Shown here in pieces: positions 20,520 through 30,638 of a DNA stretch of 64,000 nucleotides. Source of the stretch: an uncultured bacterium (GTDB lineage: Bacteria > Chloroflexota > UBA5177 > JANWHV01); assembly GCA_963827235.1 (NCBI GenBank), contig CAWHAE010000014.1, forward strand, positions 1 to 64,000, given 5' to 3'. The notes beneath the pieces are model-generated. The model was given only the letters and a program-made list of their open reading frames with translations. It had not been told where the DNA came from and ran no database searches. A program made the translations under genes and the position numbers. Positions within the stretch are counted from its first letter, which is position 1; the number at the start of each line of letters is the position of its first letter.

Positions 20520-20969
20520 ATGCCCGCGCAAGACAACGCCACGCTCGCCCGCACGGTCTATGACGCCTTCAATCGGCACGAGTTCGATCGTGCGTTGGAG
20601 TACGTCGGCGACTCCGTGGAGATCGTAGTGCCCTATCTGGGCTTGACGCTCCATGGGCGCGACGGGTTCCGGACCATGCTCGAGGCCCACAAGGCACCGT
20701 GGCCGGACGGCACGGTGGAGGTGGTCGATCAGCTTGCCTCGGACGATGGTGTCACCAACGAGTGCCGGTTCCACGCCACCAACACGCGGCCCGTGCCCCT
20801 GCCCGATGGGAGCACCATCCCGGCGACCGGCAAACGCGTCGAGTTGCACTTCTGCGAGGTGTGGCGGATTGAGTCCGGTCGCGTGGTCAGCCTGCACAGC
20901 TACGCCGACAATATGGAATTCATGCAGCAGGCGGGGCTGATGCCCGCGGCTGCCCCGGCCGGTGCCTAG
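20520..20969 (+). CDS. SnoaL-like / NTF2-fold ester cyclase family protein
   Basis: GGAGGT RBS; YDAFN, GRDG, IPATGKRV, WRIESGRV. Confidence 0.85.
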   Translation: MPAQDNATLARTVYDAFNRHEFDRALEYVGDSVEIVVPYLGLTLHGRDGFRTMLEAHKAPWPDGTVEVVDQLASDDGVTNECRFHATNTRPVPLPDGSTIPATGKRVELHFCEVWRIESGRVVSLHSYADNMEFMQQAGLMPAAAPAGA

Positions 20970-21254
20970 CAGTCTGCTCACGGCAACTTGCCGTCCGTTG
21001 CAATCAGCTGCGCAGCGAAGGCGGCTCTGGCGTCCAGAAATGGCGCCGGAGCCGCCACCATCCGGCTTCGCCGCGCCGGACGCTCGCGGCTGACCAGCGC
21101 GTTGACCCTGGGCGACTAATCCAGATCGCCCTACAGCTCGGCGATCGGCTGCGTCTGTCCCTGCAGCTGACCAATTTTCCGAGGTACGGATTAGCCACGT
21201 CTCGTTGCGCGTCTGGGCACGACCTGCCATCGGCACGCCCAACGGGCAGCCGGA

Positions 21255-21460
21255 TCAACTGCAAATCGTGTACACGTACCCGGCCTGCAGCGTAACGCCG
21301 AGCAGTCTCAGCGCCTCGCAGTGCTCGCCGGCCGGCTCTACCACGAGATCGTACGTGCCCGCCTTCACGGCCAGATAGCTGCCCATTGCCGCGCTGCGTA
21401 GGCCACGGAAGAGTACCAGCCCGTTGGTCAATGTTACCTCGATTACCGACGGCTGCTGCA
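21255..21460 (-). pseudogene. Probable DUF4397-domain remnant
   Basis: SYLAVKAGTYDLVVEPAG...LLGVTLQAGYVYTI; no intact start or end. Confidence 0.45.
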
Positions 21461-21988
21461 CGCGCAACAGCGCTTTGCCGGCGGGAGGCTGTGGCTGCTC
21501 GCGAATCGCGATGCGGTCGGCCAGGCTGGAACCTTGCCGGGCGCTGCGGCTCGAGCCGCCCAGCAGCGGGCGCACCATTACCTCGCTCCGGGCGATCACG
21601 GAGCTGAAGCTGGGGATGCGTCGAAGCATTCCGCGTCCGTCACATGTTGGATGCATAGCCCGCTCTCCTCGCCACCACCGGGTCTGCTAGTAGGCCACTC
21701 AGGCCACCCATGCCTGCAGACTACGTGTGAGATGTAAGCAGGGCGTTATGCAGTAGTTAACGATCTGTACCGGAATGTAAACAATCTGCGTTCCCGCCGG
21801 CATGGTGTGCGCCCATCGACGAAGCGGGAGGCCCGATGTCGAATGACGAGCGTGACTACCCTACTGCACATAGCGAATTGCTCTCGCCATGCCACCCCCA
21901 CTTGAGCAGCACGTAGCAAACAGGACACCCGTCCGGGTACGGCCGTACACTGTATGCCGGATAGACGTGAACGCTCAGGAGGAAGACT

Positions 21989-22708
21989 TTGAATGTGGCA
22001 CCCGGCGTGGAAATGCTCGAGCTCCAGATCGACATGATGGTCAACCGCGGTCTCATTCATCCAACGGTGATTTGGGACTCCTCGGATGTCGTGCTGGTGG
22101 ACACTGGCGTTCCGGGTTCAGGCGCCGCCATTCGCCACGCCTGCCTGAGCGCCGGCGTCCCCTACGATAGGCTCAATCACATCATTCTGACGCATGACGA
22201 CATCGATCATATCGGCAGCCTTGGCGACATCATCGGCGGCGCCGCCGGCCCGATCGAGGTTCTGGCACATCAGGCGGAGATTGCCCAGATCGAAAGCGGC
22301 CGGCCGGGCAAGATGACGCCCGAGCGACTCGCCTCCATGCCCGAGAATATGCGGCAGGTCTTTGAGCGAGTGCTTGAACGCCTGCGGGAACAGCACGTGC
22401 GGGTCACCCGCCCGTTGGCAGGCGGCGAGAGGCTTACCTATTGCGGCGGCATCTCCGTCATCCACACGCCGGGCCACACGGTCGGGCACATCTGTCTCTA
22501 CCTCGAGCAAAGCCGCATCCTGATCGCCGGCGACGCCCTGGCTCTGGACGGCGGTGTTCTGCGGCCGTCATCGCCTGCACTCAGCTACGACGCCCATCAG
22601 GCCGTGGCCTCCACGAGGCAGCTCGCCGCGTTCGATATCGAATCCGTGATCTGCTATCACGGCGGTCTCTACCAGGATGCGCCAAATGAGCGCATCGCCG
22701 GCATGTAG
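21989..22708 (+). CDS. MBL-fold metallo-hydrolase
   Basis: LVDTG, THDDIDHIG, HTPGHTVGH, AGD, CYHG. Confidence 0.9.
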   Translation: MNVAPGVEMLELQIDMMVNRGLIHPTVIWDSSDVVLVDTGVPGSGAAIRHACLSAGVPYDRLNHIILTHDDIDHIGSLGDIIGGAAGPIEVLAHQAEIAQIESGRPGKMTPERLASMPENMRQVFERVLERLREQHVRVTRPLAGGERLTYCGGISVIHTPGHTVGHICLYLEQSRILIAGDALALDGGVLRPSSPALSYDAHQAVASTRQLAAFDIESVICYHGGLYQDAPNERIAGM

Positions 22709-22728
22709 CCCGTTCGGGTGCCCTAGCC

Positions 22729-23148
22729 CTACATCCCTTGCGATCGGTTCCAGCGCGGCGGCCGCCCTGCCGGCAGCTTCTGGAATCCGGGCAGATCCTC
22801 CAGCTCCTTCTCGGGACCGGCCGGATTGTAGACCGCCAGCAAACGCAGGGGCGCCCAGCCGGTGTTCACCGTGGAGTGGAATAGCGCGGCAGGCACGTAG
22901 ATCGTATCGCCCGCCTTGACCGGGAAAGGCTCCCCGTCGTTCAGGGTCTGCATCCCCTCCCCGGACAGCACGTAGAGGACCTCCTCGGATGCCGGGTGAT
23001 TGTGCCGGTCGTGACCCTGTCTCGGCAACAGGACCACCTCGCCGAACGACATCTGCGCTCCCGGTGTGGTCTCAGGGGCAACGTACCACTTGATCGCGCC
23101 CCACTCGAGGCTCTGGGTCGGGATGCTGCTGGGATCGATTTGCTTCAT
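22729..23148 (-). CDS. Cupin domain protein
   Basis: HDRHNHP..EEVLYVLSGEG, GDTIYVPAALFHS. Confidence 0.88.
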   Translation of the reverse strand: MKQIDPSSIPTQSLEWGAIKWYVAPETTPGAQMSFGEVVLLPRQGHDRHNHPASEEVLYVLSGEGMQTLNDGEPFPVKAGDTIYVPAALFHSTVNTGWAPLRLLAVYNPAGPEKELEDLPGFQKLPAGRPPRWNRSQGM

Positions 23149-23251
23149 CGTGCTTCCCTTTCGCAACGAGGATATCTCCACTCGCGGCGCCGGCTCCTGA
23201 CCGCACTGATCTCCGGCTCGGCCCGGCACGTCGAGGCTCGCCGTGCCCGGG

Positions 23252-24094
23252 CTACGTGCTCCGGATGGTGCCGCGCATGGGCAGCGCTTTGAATCGCCGC
23301 ATATTCGCGGTCATTGCTATCTCGGTGGGTAGCCGCTCCATGCTGGAGGCTCCGAAGAACCCGACCACGCCGTGAGTACGCTGCAGGACGTAGGCGGCGT
23401 CGTCCGGCTCCGCGATCGGCCCTCCGTGGCAAAGCACGAGAATGTCGGGGTTCACTGCCTTCGCGGCGTCGTGCAGCGCCTGCACGCGCGCCACCGCGTC
23501 ATCCAGGCTCAGCGCCGTCTTGGCTCCGATCAGGCCGGCCGTCGTCAAGCCCATGTGCGGTACCATCACGTCGGCACCCGCCTCGGCCATCTGCCTCGCT
23601 TCGTCTTCGTTGAACACGTAGGGGCAGGTGAGCAGATCCATGGCATGCGCCTGGCGGATCATCTCCACTTCCAGCCCGTATCCCATCCCTGTCTCCTCGA
23701 TGTTCTGCCTGAACACGCCGTCGAAGAGACCCACGGTGGGGAAGTTCTGCACACCGCTGAAGCCGGCTTCCTTCACCTGCTTGAGAAACACCGGCATCAG
23801 TCGGAAGGGATCGGTGCCGCACACCCCTGCCAGCACCGGGGTCTCCTTGACGATGGGCAGGACCTCGGATGCCATGTCCATCACGATGGCGTTGGCGTCC
23901 CCGTAGGGGAGCAAGCCGGCCAGGGAGCCGCGTCCTGCCATCCGGTAGCGACCGGAATTGTAAATGATGATCAGGTCGGCGCCACCGGCCTCCGCGCACT
24001 TGGCGGAGAGGCCGGTGCCGGCCCCCGCGCCGATTATCGGCTTTCCTGCCGCCACCTGCGCCCGAAGGCGCGCCAGAGCTTCCTGCCGTGTCAT
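23252..24094 (-). CDS. PEP-hydrolase-like TIM-barrel protein
   Basis: [51 protein letters not shown]. Confidence 0.92.
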   Translation of the reverse strand: MTRQEALARLRAQVAAGKPIIGAGAGTGLSAKCAEAGGADLIIIYNSGRYRMAGRGSLAGLLPYGDANAIVMDMASEVLPIVKETPVLAGVCGTDPFRLMPVFLKQVKEAGFSGVQNFPTVGLFDGVFRQNIEETGMGYGLEVEMIRQAHAMDLLTCPYVFNEDEARQMAEAGADVMVPHMGLTTAGLIGAKTALSLDDAVARVQALHDAAKAVNPDILVLCHGGPIAEPDDAAYVLQRTHGVVGFFGASSMERLPTEIAMTANMRRFKALPMRGTIRST

Positions 24095-25326
24095 GCCTTT
24101 GCCTCCTCCCGGCTACGAATCCACGCTTGGTAGTGGCCGTGCAATACGTCGGCCATGGCCACGGCAAACGCCGGATCGTTGATGTCGGTATCGATCGCAC
24201 GAACGTCCACGGTGTGATAGAGGGCAGCACGCAGCGCCTCGAAGAGCGCCGCGTCGGCATTCGCGTCGCGGAACGGCTGCCCCTCGGTATCGATCAGCGA
24301 GACGCCTTTGAGTGGGATGAACACCGTGAGCGGGCCGCGTGCCCCGTTCAGCTTGCGGGCCATGATCCTCCCCAGCTCGGCGCATTCTTCAGCAGTGGTG
24401 CGCATCAGGGTAACGGTCGGATTGTGCCGATAGAGCAGACGGCTCTCGAACCTCGCAGGTACCGACTCCATGGGGCCGAAGTTCACCATGTCCAGTGCGC
24501 CGAGCGAGACCACCTGGGGGATGCCGAGCGCACCCGCCGCCTCCAGCCGGTCGGGTCCGGCCGAGAGCACGCCGCCCACTAGCTCGTCGGCCAGCTCCGT
24601 CGTGGTGGCATCCAGCGAGGCCGTGATGAAGCCACCCTTGATCAGCGCTTCCATGGCGCGACCGCCGCTGCCCGTCGCATGGAAGACAAGGACCTCGTAG
24701 CCCAGCGACTCCAGTCTCTCGCGTGCGACCGTCGCGCAGGGCGTGGTCACCCCGAACATGGTCAGGCCGACCAGCGGCCGATCGCTGCCCGCGGGCACGG
24801 TCACGCGGGCCATGCCGGCCATGGCGCCGGCGGCGTTGGCCAGAATGCGCCGCGAGATCTGATTCAGTCCCGCGATGTCCACGACCGAGTACATCATGGC
24901 GATGTCCACCTCGCCGACGTACGGTCTGGTGTCGCCGGAAGCCATGGTGGAGACCATCAGCTTCGGCACGCCGATCGGGAGCCGGCGCATGGCGTGGGTC
25001 ACCAGCGAGGTGCCACCGGAGCCGCCCAATCCCAGGATGCCCTGCACTCTGCCCTCCGCGTGCAGCCTCGTAACGACGGCTGCCGCTCCCCGCCCCATGG
25101 CCTCAACTGCGGCGCCTCGGTCGCCCGCCGCCGCCAGCTCTTCGATGCTCGTGCCGGCCGCCCGAGCGACCTCCGAGCGGCCGATATCGGGAATGGCAAG
25201 TGGCGCGCCGCCGGTTCCGGCGTCGACCAGGATCACCTCCACGCCGTGCTCTCGCAGGCGATCGCGCAGAAAGTCGTACTCTTGTCCCTTGGTGTCCAGC
25301 GTGCCGACCAAGACTACGGTAGCCAC
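24091..25326 (-). CDS. Tm-1-like ATP-binding protein (UPF0261)
   Basis: [57 protein letters not shown]. Confidence 0.92.
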   Translation of the reverse strand: MATVVLVGTLDTKGQEYDFLRDRLREHGVEVILVDAGTGGAPLAIPDIGRSEVARAAGTSIEELAAAGDRGAAVEAMGRGAAAVVTRLHAEGRVQGILGLGGSGGTSLVTHAMRRLPIGVPKLMVSTMASGDTRPYVGEVDIAMMYSVVDIAGLNQISRRILANAAGAMAGMARVTVPAGSDRPLVGLTMFGVTTPCATVARERLESLGYEVLVFHATGSGGRAMEALIKGGFITASLDATTTELADELVGGVLSAGPDRLEAAGALGIPQVVSLGALDMVNFGPMESVPARFESRLLYRHNPTVTLMRTTAEECAELGRIMARKLNGARGPLTVFIPLKGVSLIDTEGQPFRDANADAALFEALRAALYHTVDVRAIDTDINDPAFAVAMADVLHGHYQAWIRSREEAKA

Positions 25327-25420
25327 ACGAGCCTTCCTTCCGGCTGCACAGCCACGTGGCTTACGACTCTGACTATACGCCTTATCTCCGAGCGCGTCGC
25401 GTCACTGGCCCTTCAGACGC

Positions 25421-25603
25421 ATGAGCCCTCCTGTTTACATAATACGCCTGGCACGCGATCTGGACGAGGTCTTCCACGACGGGCCGGACGAGGTTACTCG
25501 CGGCTGGATTATCTGGCACGTCGTCGAGCATGACCTGCATCACGGGGGAGAGCTCTCCTACTCGCTCGGCGCCCTCGGTCTGCCCGGGCTCAGCCTTCCC
25601 TGA
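25421..25603 (+). pseudogene. DinB-family C-terminal remnant
   Basis: TRGWIIWHVVEHDLHHGGELS; N-terminal part missing. Confidence 0.6.
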
Positions 25604-26050
25604 GCGCTGCGGCCGCGCCGGCCCGTTTCCGTGCGACATTCGCTGATCTCGATCTGCCAGGATATGTGCGGGCACGGTCCTGTGGTGCGGCACTACGCAC
25701 AATCCGGTCGACGTGCACGGCCCTGTGTGCCGCTGCCGTGTCGCCGGCGCCCGGCCTGATAACCGTCGAGCCGGCGTGAAATCGGTGATACGGCGTTTCG
25801 GTGCACCGATTCTGGACCCGACCCTCTCGACCGCCTGCGGACTGGCCCACATGGCTTCCATCGTCGCCAGTCAAATAGCCGCTGCGTCACAATGCACACT
25901 TGCGTCCGCGACCTTCCCGATCGATGGACATCCCAGCGAGCGTCGCTATACTATGCCTGATCAGAACGATATGCACTCAAACGAGTTGCCGGGATCGAGC
26001 TGGTTAGCCAGCAGGCTGCCGCAATTGAGCCAGCGCGTTCGGAGGTCCCC

Positions 26051-26926
26051 GTGGCCCAGAAGCATCGCGACGCAAAAGTCGAGCCGTTGAACGATCTTAA
26101 GGGAAGTAGCGGGGTCGTTCCGACGGCTCCCCGGATCGGGGATGAGCGCCCCAGGATGGACACGAAAGAGTACGAGAAGCAGCTCGTCATGCTCCAGATC
26201 GAGTTGGTGAAGTTGCAAGAATGGGTCAAAGCCAAAGGCCTCAAGCTGGTGGTGATCTTCGAGGGCCGTGATGCAGCCGGTAAGGGCGGTGCCATCAAGA
26301 CGATCACCGCCTGTCTCAACCCGCGTATCTGCAGGATCGTGGCCCTCGGCACGCCCACGGAGCGCGAGAAGTCGCAGTGGTATTTCCAGCGCTACGTACC
26401 CTATCTCCCGGCTGCCGGCGAGATGGTCCTGTTCGACCGCAGCTGGTACAACCGGGCCGGAGTCGAGCACGTGATGGGCTTCTGCTCGGAATCGGAATAC
26501 CAGGAGTTCCTCCGCTCATGCCCGGAGTTCGAGCGCATGCTCATTCGATCCGGAGTCATCCTGGTCAAGTATTGGTTCTCGGTGAGCGACGACGAGCAGC
26601 AGCGCCGGTTCCAGGCGCGCATCGACGATCCTACCAAGCGCTGGAAGATCAGCCCGATGGATCTGGAATCCGTGGCGCGCTGGGCGGAGTACTCCAAGGC
26701 GAAGGACGCCATGTTCTCCTACACCGACACCAAGCAGTCTCCATGGTACGTGGTGAACGCTAACGACAAGAAGCGGGCGCGGCTCAACTGCATCAATCAT
26801 CTTCTGAGCCTTGTTCCCTATGAAGACCTGACTCCGGAGTCGATCGTCCTGCCGCGGCGCCAGGATGAACGGGGCTATGTCAGGCCGCCGATTACCGACC
26901 AGACATTCGTGCCTGAACGGTATTGA
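26051..26926 (+). CDS. ppk2: Polyphosphate kinase 2
   Basis: FEGRDAAGKGG, WYFQRY, FDRSWYNRAGVE, RWKISPMD, KKRARLN; GGAGG RBS. Confidence 0.96.
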   Translation: MAQKHRDAKVEPLNDLKGSSGVVPTAPRIGDERPRMDTKEYEKQLVMLQIELVKLQEWVKAKGLKLVVIFEGRDAAGKGGAIKTITACLNPRICRIVALGTPTEREKSQWYFQRYVPYLPAAGEMVLFDRSWYNRAGVEHVMGFCSESEYQEFLRSCPEFERMLIRSGVILVKYWFSVSDDEQQRRFQARIDDPTKRWKISPMDLESVARWAEYSKAKDAMFSYTDTKQSPWYVVNANDKKRARLNCINHLLSLVPYEDLTPESIVLPRRQDERGYVRPPITDQTFVPERY

Positions 26927-27019
26927 GATCACGGCGGCGCGCACACCTTTCACGCTCAGCGGCCCGCTCGATCGACTTGCCGAACAAAGGAGAGGGTGAT
27001 TCACCGGCGCTGCGCCAGG

Positions 27020-27060
27020 TTGACACCGCCGGCGAAGCGGCACATGATACCAGTTGGTAT
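27020..27060 (+). promoter_or_regulatory. Promoter with palindromic operator upstream of the dehydrogenase
   Basis: TTGACA-17bp-CATGAT; ATACCA-GT-TGGTAT at 27047-27060. Confidence 0.55.
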
Positions 27061-27135
27061 GAGGAGCGTCGGCGCCGGTCGGTCCGACGCTTCCGTTGAT
27101 TGGTGACTGCCCTGCAGTCAGAACGGGAGTTGCGC

Positions 27136-28170
27136 ATGCTCGCCGCCGTCCTACACGCCTTTGACGACCTGCGTCTCGAAGACGTTCCCAAGCCCGAGCC
27201 CACGGCGCACGGGACAGTGCTGGTCAATATCAAGTCGTGCGGCATCTGTGCTACTGACTACAAGGCGATCAGGGGCATCCGGCGCAACGTGACCTTCCCG
27301 TTTATTCCCGGCCACGAGCCCTCCGGCATCGTCGCCGAGGTCGGCCCGGGCGTCAGCCACTTCAAGGCCGGGGACGAGGTCATCTGCCAGCCCTCGGGCT
27401 CCTGTGGCTTCTGCGTGCATTGCCGCATGGGTAAGTCGCACTACTGCGCGCACGCCTTCACCACCGGCGGGGATGGTCCTGAGGACGTTTGGCCGGGTGC
27501 CTTCGCCGAGTACATGCTCACCAAGGACGCCTGCCTGTTCCACAAGCCGCCAAACCTGTCCTTCGACGTGGCCGCGGAGACCGAGCCGCTGTCCGGCGCC
27601 TGGAAGGGCGTGATCCAGCAGAGCGAGATGAAGGTGGGTGACGACGTCGTGGTGATCGGCGTCGGGGGCATCGGCCTGCTGTGCCTGATGGTGGCCAGGG
27701 CTGCCGGCGCCGGCCGTCTGATCGCCGTGGACGTCAGCCCGGTCGCCCTTGCCAACGCCCGAACGCTGGGTGCCACCCACGTCGTGGACGCCCGCGAAGC
27801 GGACGTGAAGAAGCGCGTCTACGACATCATCCCGCTTGGCCCTGACCTTGTGGTCGAGGCAGCCGGGCCTATAGAAGCGGTCAAGCAGATGGTCGACCTG
27901 CTGCGGCGCGGCACGCGCTGGAACGTGTTCGGCATCACCACGCACGAGACGTTTGAGCTGGACGGCGGCCGAGCCCACTTCCTGGAGGCGCGCATGGACG
28001 CCAGCTTTGGCACCACGCCGCTTGCCATGCAGAGTGCCATCCGCCTCATGGAAACCGGGCTGGTGGATGTCGGGAAGATCATCACGCACCGCTTCCCGCT
28101 GACGGACATACACAAGGCGATGGACGTGATGGCCAGTCCGGAGCGGAACAAGGTCATCATCAATCCCTAG
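27136..28170 (+). CDS. Zinc-dependent (MDR) alcohol/polyol dehydrogenase
   Basis: CGICATD, GHE.SG, CGFCVHC..C, GVGGIG, ITHRFPL. Confidence 0.92.
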   Translation: MLAAVLHAFDDLRLEDVPKPEPTAHGTVLVNIKSCGICATDYKAIRGIRRNVTFPFIPGHEPSGIVAEVGPGVSHFKAGDEVICQPSGSCGFCVHCRMGKSHYCAHAFTTGGDGPEDVWPGAFAEYMLTKDACLFHKPPNLSFDVAAETEPLSGAWKGVIQQSEMKVGDDVVVIGVGGIGLLCLMVARAAGAGRLIAVDVSPVALANARTLGATHVVDAREADVKKRVYDIIPLGPDLVVEAAGPIEAVKQMVDLLRRGTRWNVFGITTHETFELDGGRAHFLEARMDASFGTTPLAMQSAIRLMETGLVDVGKIITHRFPLTDIHKAMDVMASPERNKVIINP

Positions 28171-28336
28171 GCGGCCTTCGGGCGTGTCTCCACGTACCGG
28201 CTGCCGCGATCGCTCGCTGCGCGCCCGGGCATGCGAAGGGTGATTCGATGCCCGGGCCGTGCTATGATCGGCTCTGCCCGATGTGGGGCGGGTTCCCCGT
28301 TGGCTGCAATGCACCACGGGGGAAAGGAGTGGCAGC

Positions 28337-28693
28337 GTGGCTACGAGCGTACTCTTTGTCGGATGGGGTCAGCCGATACCGGGGCGCGAGCAGAAAGCGC
28401 TCCAGGTGTTCAACGAGGCGTTGCAGTACTGGACGCGTCTTCAGAAGCAAGGCGTGATCGACAGTTTCGAGCCGGTCAACCTCGAGCTCCACGGCGGCGA
28501 TCTCACAGGTTTCACGCTTCTACGCGGCGATGCGGCAAAGCTCGCGCAGTTGCGTCGGGATCCGGAATTCACAAACATGAGTGTGCGCGCCGAGCTAGTG
28601 GTTTCCCATTTCGGCGTCGTTGCCGGATCCACTGGGGAGCAGCTTGAAAAGGAGTTCAGAGACTTCGGCAAGAATGCGGCAGAACTGGCTTGA
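28337..28693 (+). CDS. Hypothetical protein
   Basis: AAGGAG RBS, GTG start, globular composition. Confidence 0.7.
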   Translation: MATSVLFVGWGQPIPGREQKALQVFNEALQYWTRLQKQGVIDSFEPVNLELHGGDLTGFTLLRGDAAKLAQLRRDPEFTNMSVRAELVVSHFGVVAGSTGEQLEKEFRDFGKNAAELA

Positions 28694-29074
28694 AATTGCG
28701 CCGGGCGTCCTGATTCTCCCGAAGTCCTGATGGGCAGGTCGAAGCCGAGCAGTCCCCACACTGCTCGGCAGCCATGCTGAGGCCACGACGGGACGTGCAC
28801 ACCGCGACGATGCCCCGGGATTCACCGCCATGTCGATGCTCCAGATGCCACGCGCTTCAGAGCGGGGAGCCTCACGGTGCGCCAAGTGCGGAAGTCATTC
28901 CTCCCGTGCGTGTTGCACCGACTCTTGAGTATGGGCGCGGAGGGCCTCCCTCAAGACAATTACAAAGGCGTGGCTGCGGCAAGCATGGCACGCACGAGGC
29001 TGGCCGCAGCTGGGCAGTACGGCCTCTGTTCCGTCCTCTCTGCGGCGTCTGTGTTTCAGCCGACCATGTTTTCC

Positions 29075-29125
29075 TTGACCTCGCCGGAATCCGTGCTACG
29101 ATAGTGATACTCGAACATATATTCC
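29075..29125 (+). promoter_or_regulatory. Promoter with LexA-like box
   Basis: TTGACC-16bp-TACGAT (extended -10 TG); CGAACATATATTCC at 29112-29125. Confidence 0.6.
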
Positions 29126-29148
29126 ATGCGCGAAAGCGAGGTCACCCC

Positions 29149-30369
29149 ATGCTCGACAGGCTGGCCGCTCCCACCACCGCTCGCCACCACACCGGTCCCC
29201 GCACCGCCCAGGGCAAAGCCGCCTCCAGCCGCAACGCCTGCACCCACGGCCTGCTCAGTCCCGACCCCGTCGCCACCCCCTACGAGCAGCCCGAAGCCTG
29301 GCACGCCTATCGCGACGCCATCGTGCACGACCTCGCACCGTACGGCGACCTGGAGACCATCCTGGCCGAGCGCATCGCCCTGCTGCACTGGCGGCAGGCG
29401 CGCATCGCCCGCCACGAGTGCGCCCTGATCACGCAGGACCAGGTGCGGCTCTCCCGGGAGCAGGCCGAGCGGCGCTTCGCCGTGTGCGAGGACCGCCCCT
29501 CCACCATGGCGGAGCTGGATGCCGAGCGGCGGTCCTGCAACGACCGCCTGGCGCTGCTGGAGCGCTGGGCGGTGCTGGAGCCGGAGGACGTGCTCACCGT
29601 GGCGGCGGTGCACAGTCTGCTGGAGGCGATGCTCGCCCCGCTGGGGCCGCAGGAGGCCACGGTACCGCTGCTGCTGGACGCGACGGCGACGGAGAGCCTG
29701 GAGCACTACTGTGGGCGGCAGCGCTGGACCCGGTTGCTGGTGGAGGCGGCGCTGGAACCGATCTGCGGGGTTGGCACCAGCGTGGCGACGATGCACGCCG
29801 TGGCGGTGCGGCGGGCGGGGGAGGCGGTGTCGGCGCTGGCCCGAGCCCGGTCCGACCAGGAGATCGGCGTGGTGGCGGCCACGCACGGGCTGGCCGAGCT
29901 GCGCGTGCTGGAGCGGCTGGCGCGCTACGAAGCGCACCTCTCGCGGGAGATGCAGCGCACCAGGCGCGAGTTGGCGGAGGTCCGTGCCGAGCGCCGTGCG
30001 GCAGAGCACAGCGGAAATTGCGAAACGAATTCGCGCCCTGAGGGCACTGCCGCACCCGCCGGCGCTGCCGTCATCCGCGCGGCAGAGCACCAGGAAAATT
30101 GCGAAACGAATTCGCCACTCGTCGGGCCCGCCGCTCCCGCACTACCACGTCGGCGACGCACTGCAGTGGGTACCTCGGCCGGCCCGTCCCCTGCCAGCCG
30201 ACCTGACTCCGCGGCACAATCCTCCGCTGCACCACCTCCGGCCGCAGCCGGCCCGTGCCCTGCCATGCTGCCGCAGCTGCAGGCTACCGTTCCCGCGCCC
30301 GCCTCATCACAACCGCGACCCACTGCGATGGGTTCCCCGACCGGCCCGTGCCCTGCCGTCCTGCCTTAG
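29149..30369 (+). CDS. Hypothetical protein of the TGPRTxxGKxxSSxNAxxHGL type
   Basis: GAGGT RBS; TGPRTAQGKAASSRNACTHGL, ETILAERIA..WR..R, LARYEAHLSR, repeated NCETNS. Confidence 0.75.
   Translation: MLDRLAAPTTARHHTGPRTAQGKAASSRNACTHGLLSPDPVATPYEQPEAWHAYRDAIVHDLAPYGDLETILAERIALLHWRQARIARHECALITQDQVRLSREQAERRFAVCEDRPSTMAELDAERRSCNDRLALLERWAVLEPEDVLTVAAVHSLLEAMLAPLGPQEATVPLLLDATATESLEHYCGRQRWTRLLVEAALEPICGVGTSVATMHAVAVRRAGEAVSALARARSDQEIGVVAATHGLAELRVLERLARYEAHLSREMQRTRRELAEVRAERRAAEHSGNCETNSRPEGTAAPAGAAVIRAAEHQENCETNSPLVGPAAPALPRRRRTAVGTSAGPSPASRPDSAAQSSAAPPPAAAGPCPAMLPQLQATVPAPASSQPRPTAMGSPTGPCPAVLP
29998..30115 (+). repeat. Two-copy direct repeat, 81-bp period
   Basis: GCGGCAGAGCAC at 29998 and 30079; identical AAATTGCGAAACGAATTCGC at 30015 and 30096. 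Confidence 0.85.
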
Positions 30370-30388
30370 CTGGAGGCTTCTGTTCCCG
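30159..30388 (+). repeat. Degenerate tandem repeats at the 3' end of the ORF
   Basis: Three copies of CCGGCCCGT(G/C)CCCTGCC with partly shared flanks. Confidence 0.7.
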
Positions 30389-30638
30389 TACACACCCGCA
30401 CCTATGGCACATGGAGCGGGCCGTCTTGGTGCCTCCGCTGCTCGATCCGTGGAATGTCCCTCCATTGCATCGCACTTCACCGGTGTGCCCGTTCACGGCT
30501 CGCCGTGCCTGCGATCGGTACGGAGGGCAGGTCATCACCCGTTCTCCCCAAACCGTTGGCACGAGAAGCACGTGCCTTCAGCTGCCACACACCCTGCCGC
30601 GCGCCTTGACTCACGCCTTATCCTGGAAGCACACGTAG

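Noticed and set aside
21989-22708. True metallo-beta-lactamase (also 30639-31346)
   Set aside because: Generic cytoplasmic HxDxDH MBL folds with no signal peptide; resistance cannot be supported.
29998-30388. Possible mini CRISPR array
   Set aside because: Only two to three degenerate copies, located in frame within an ORF, with no cas genes.
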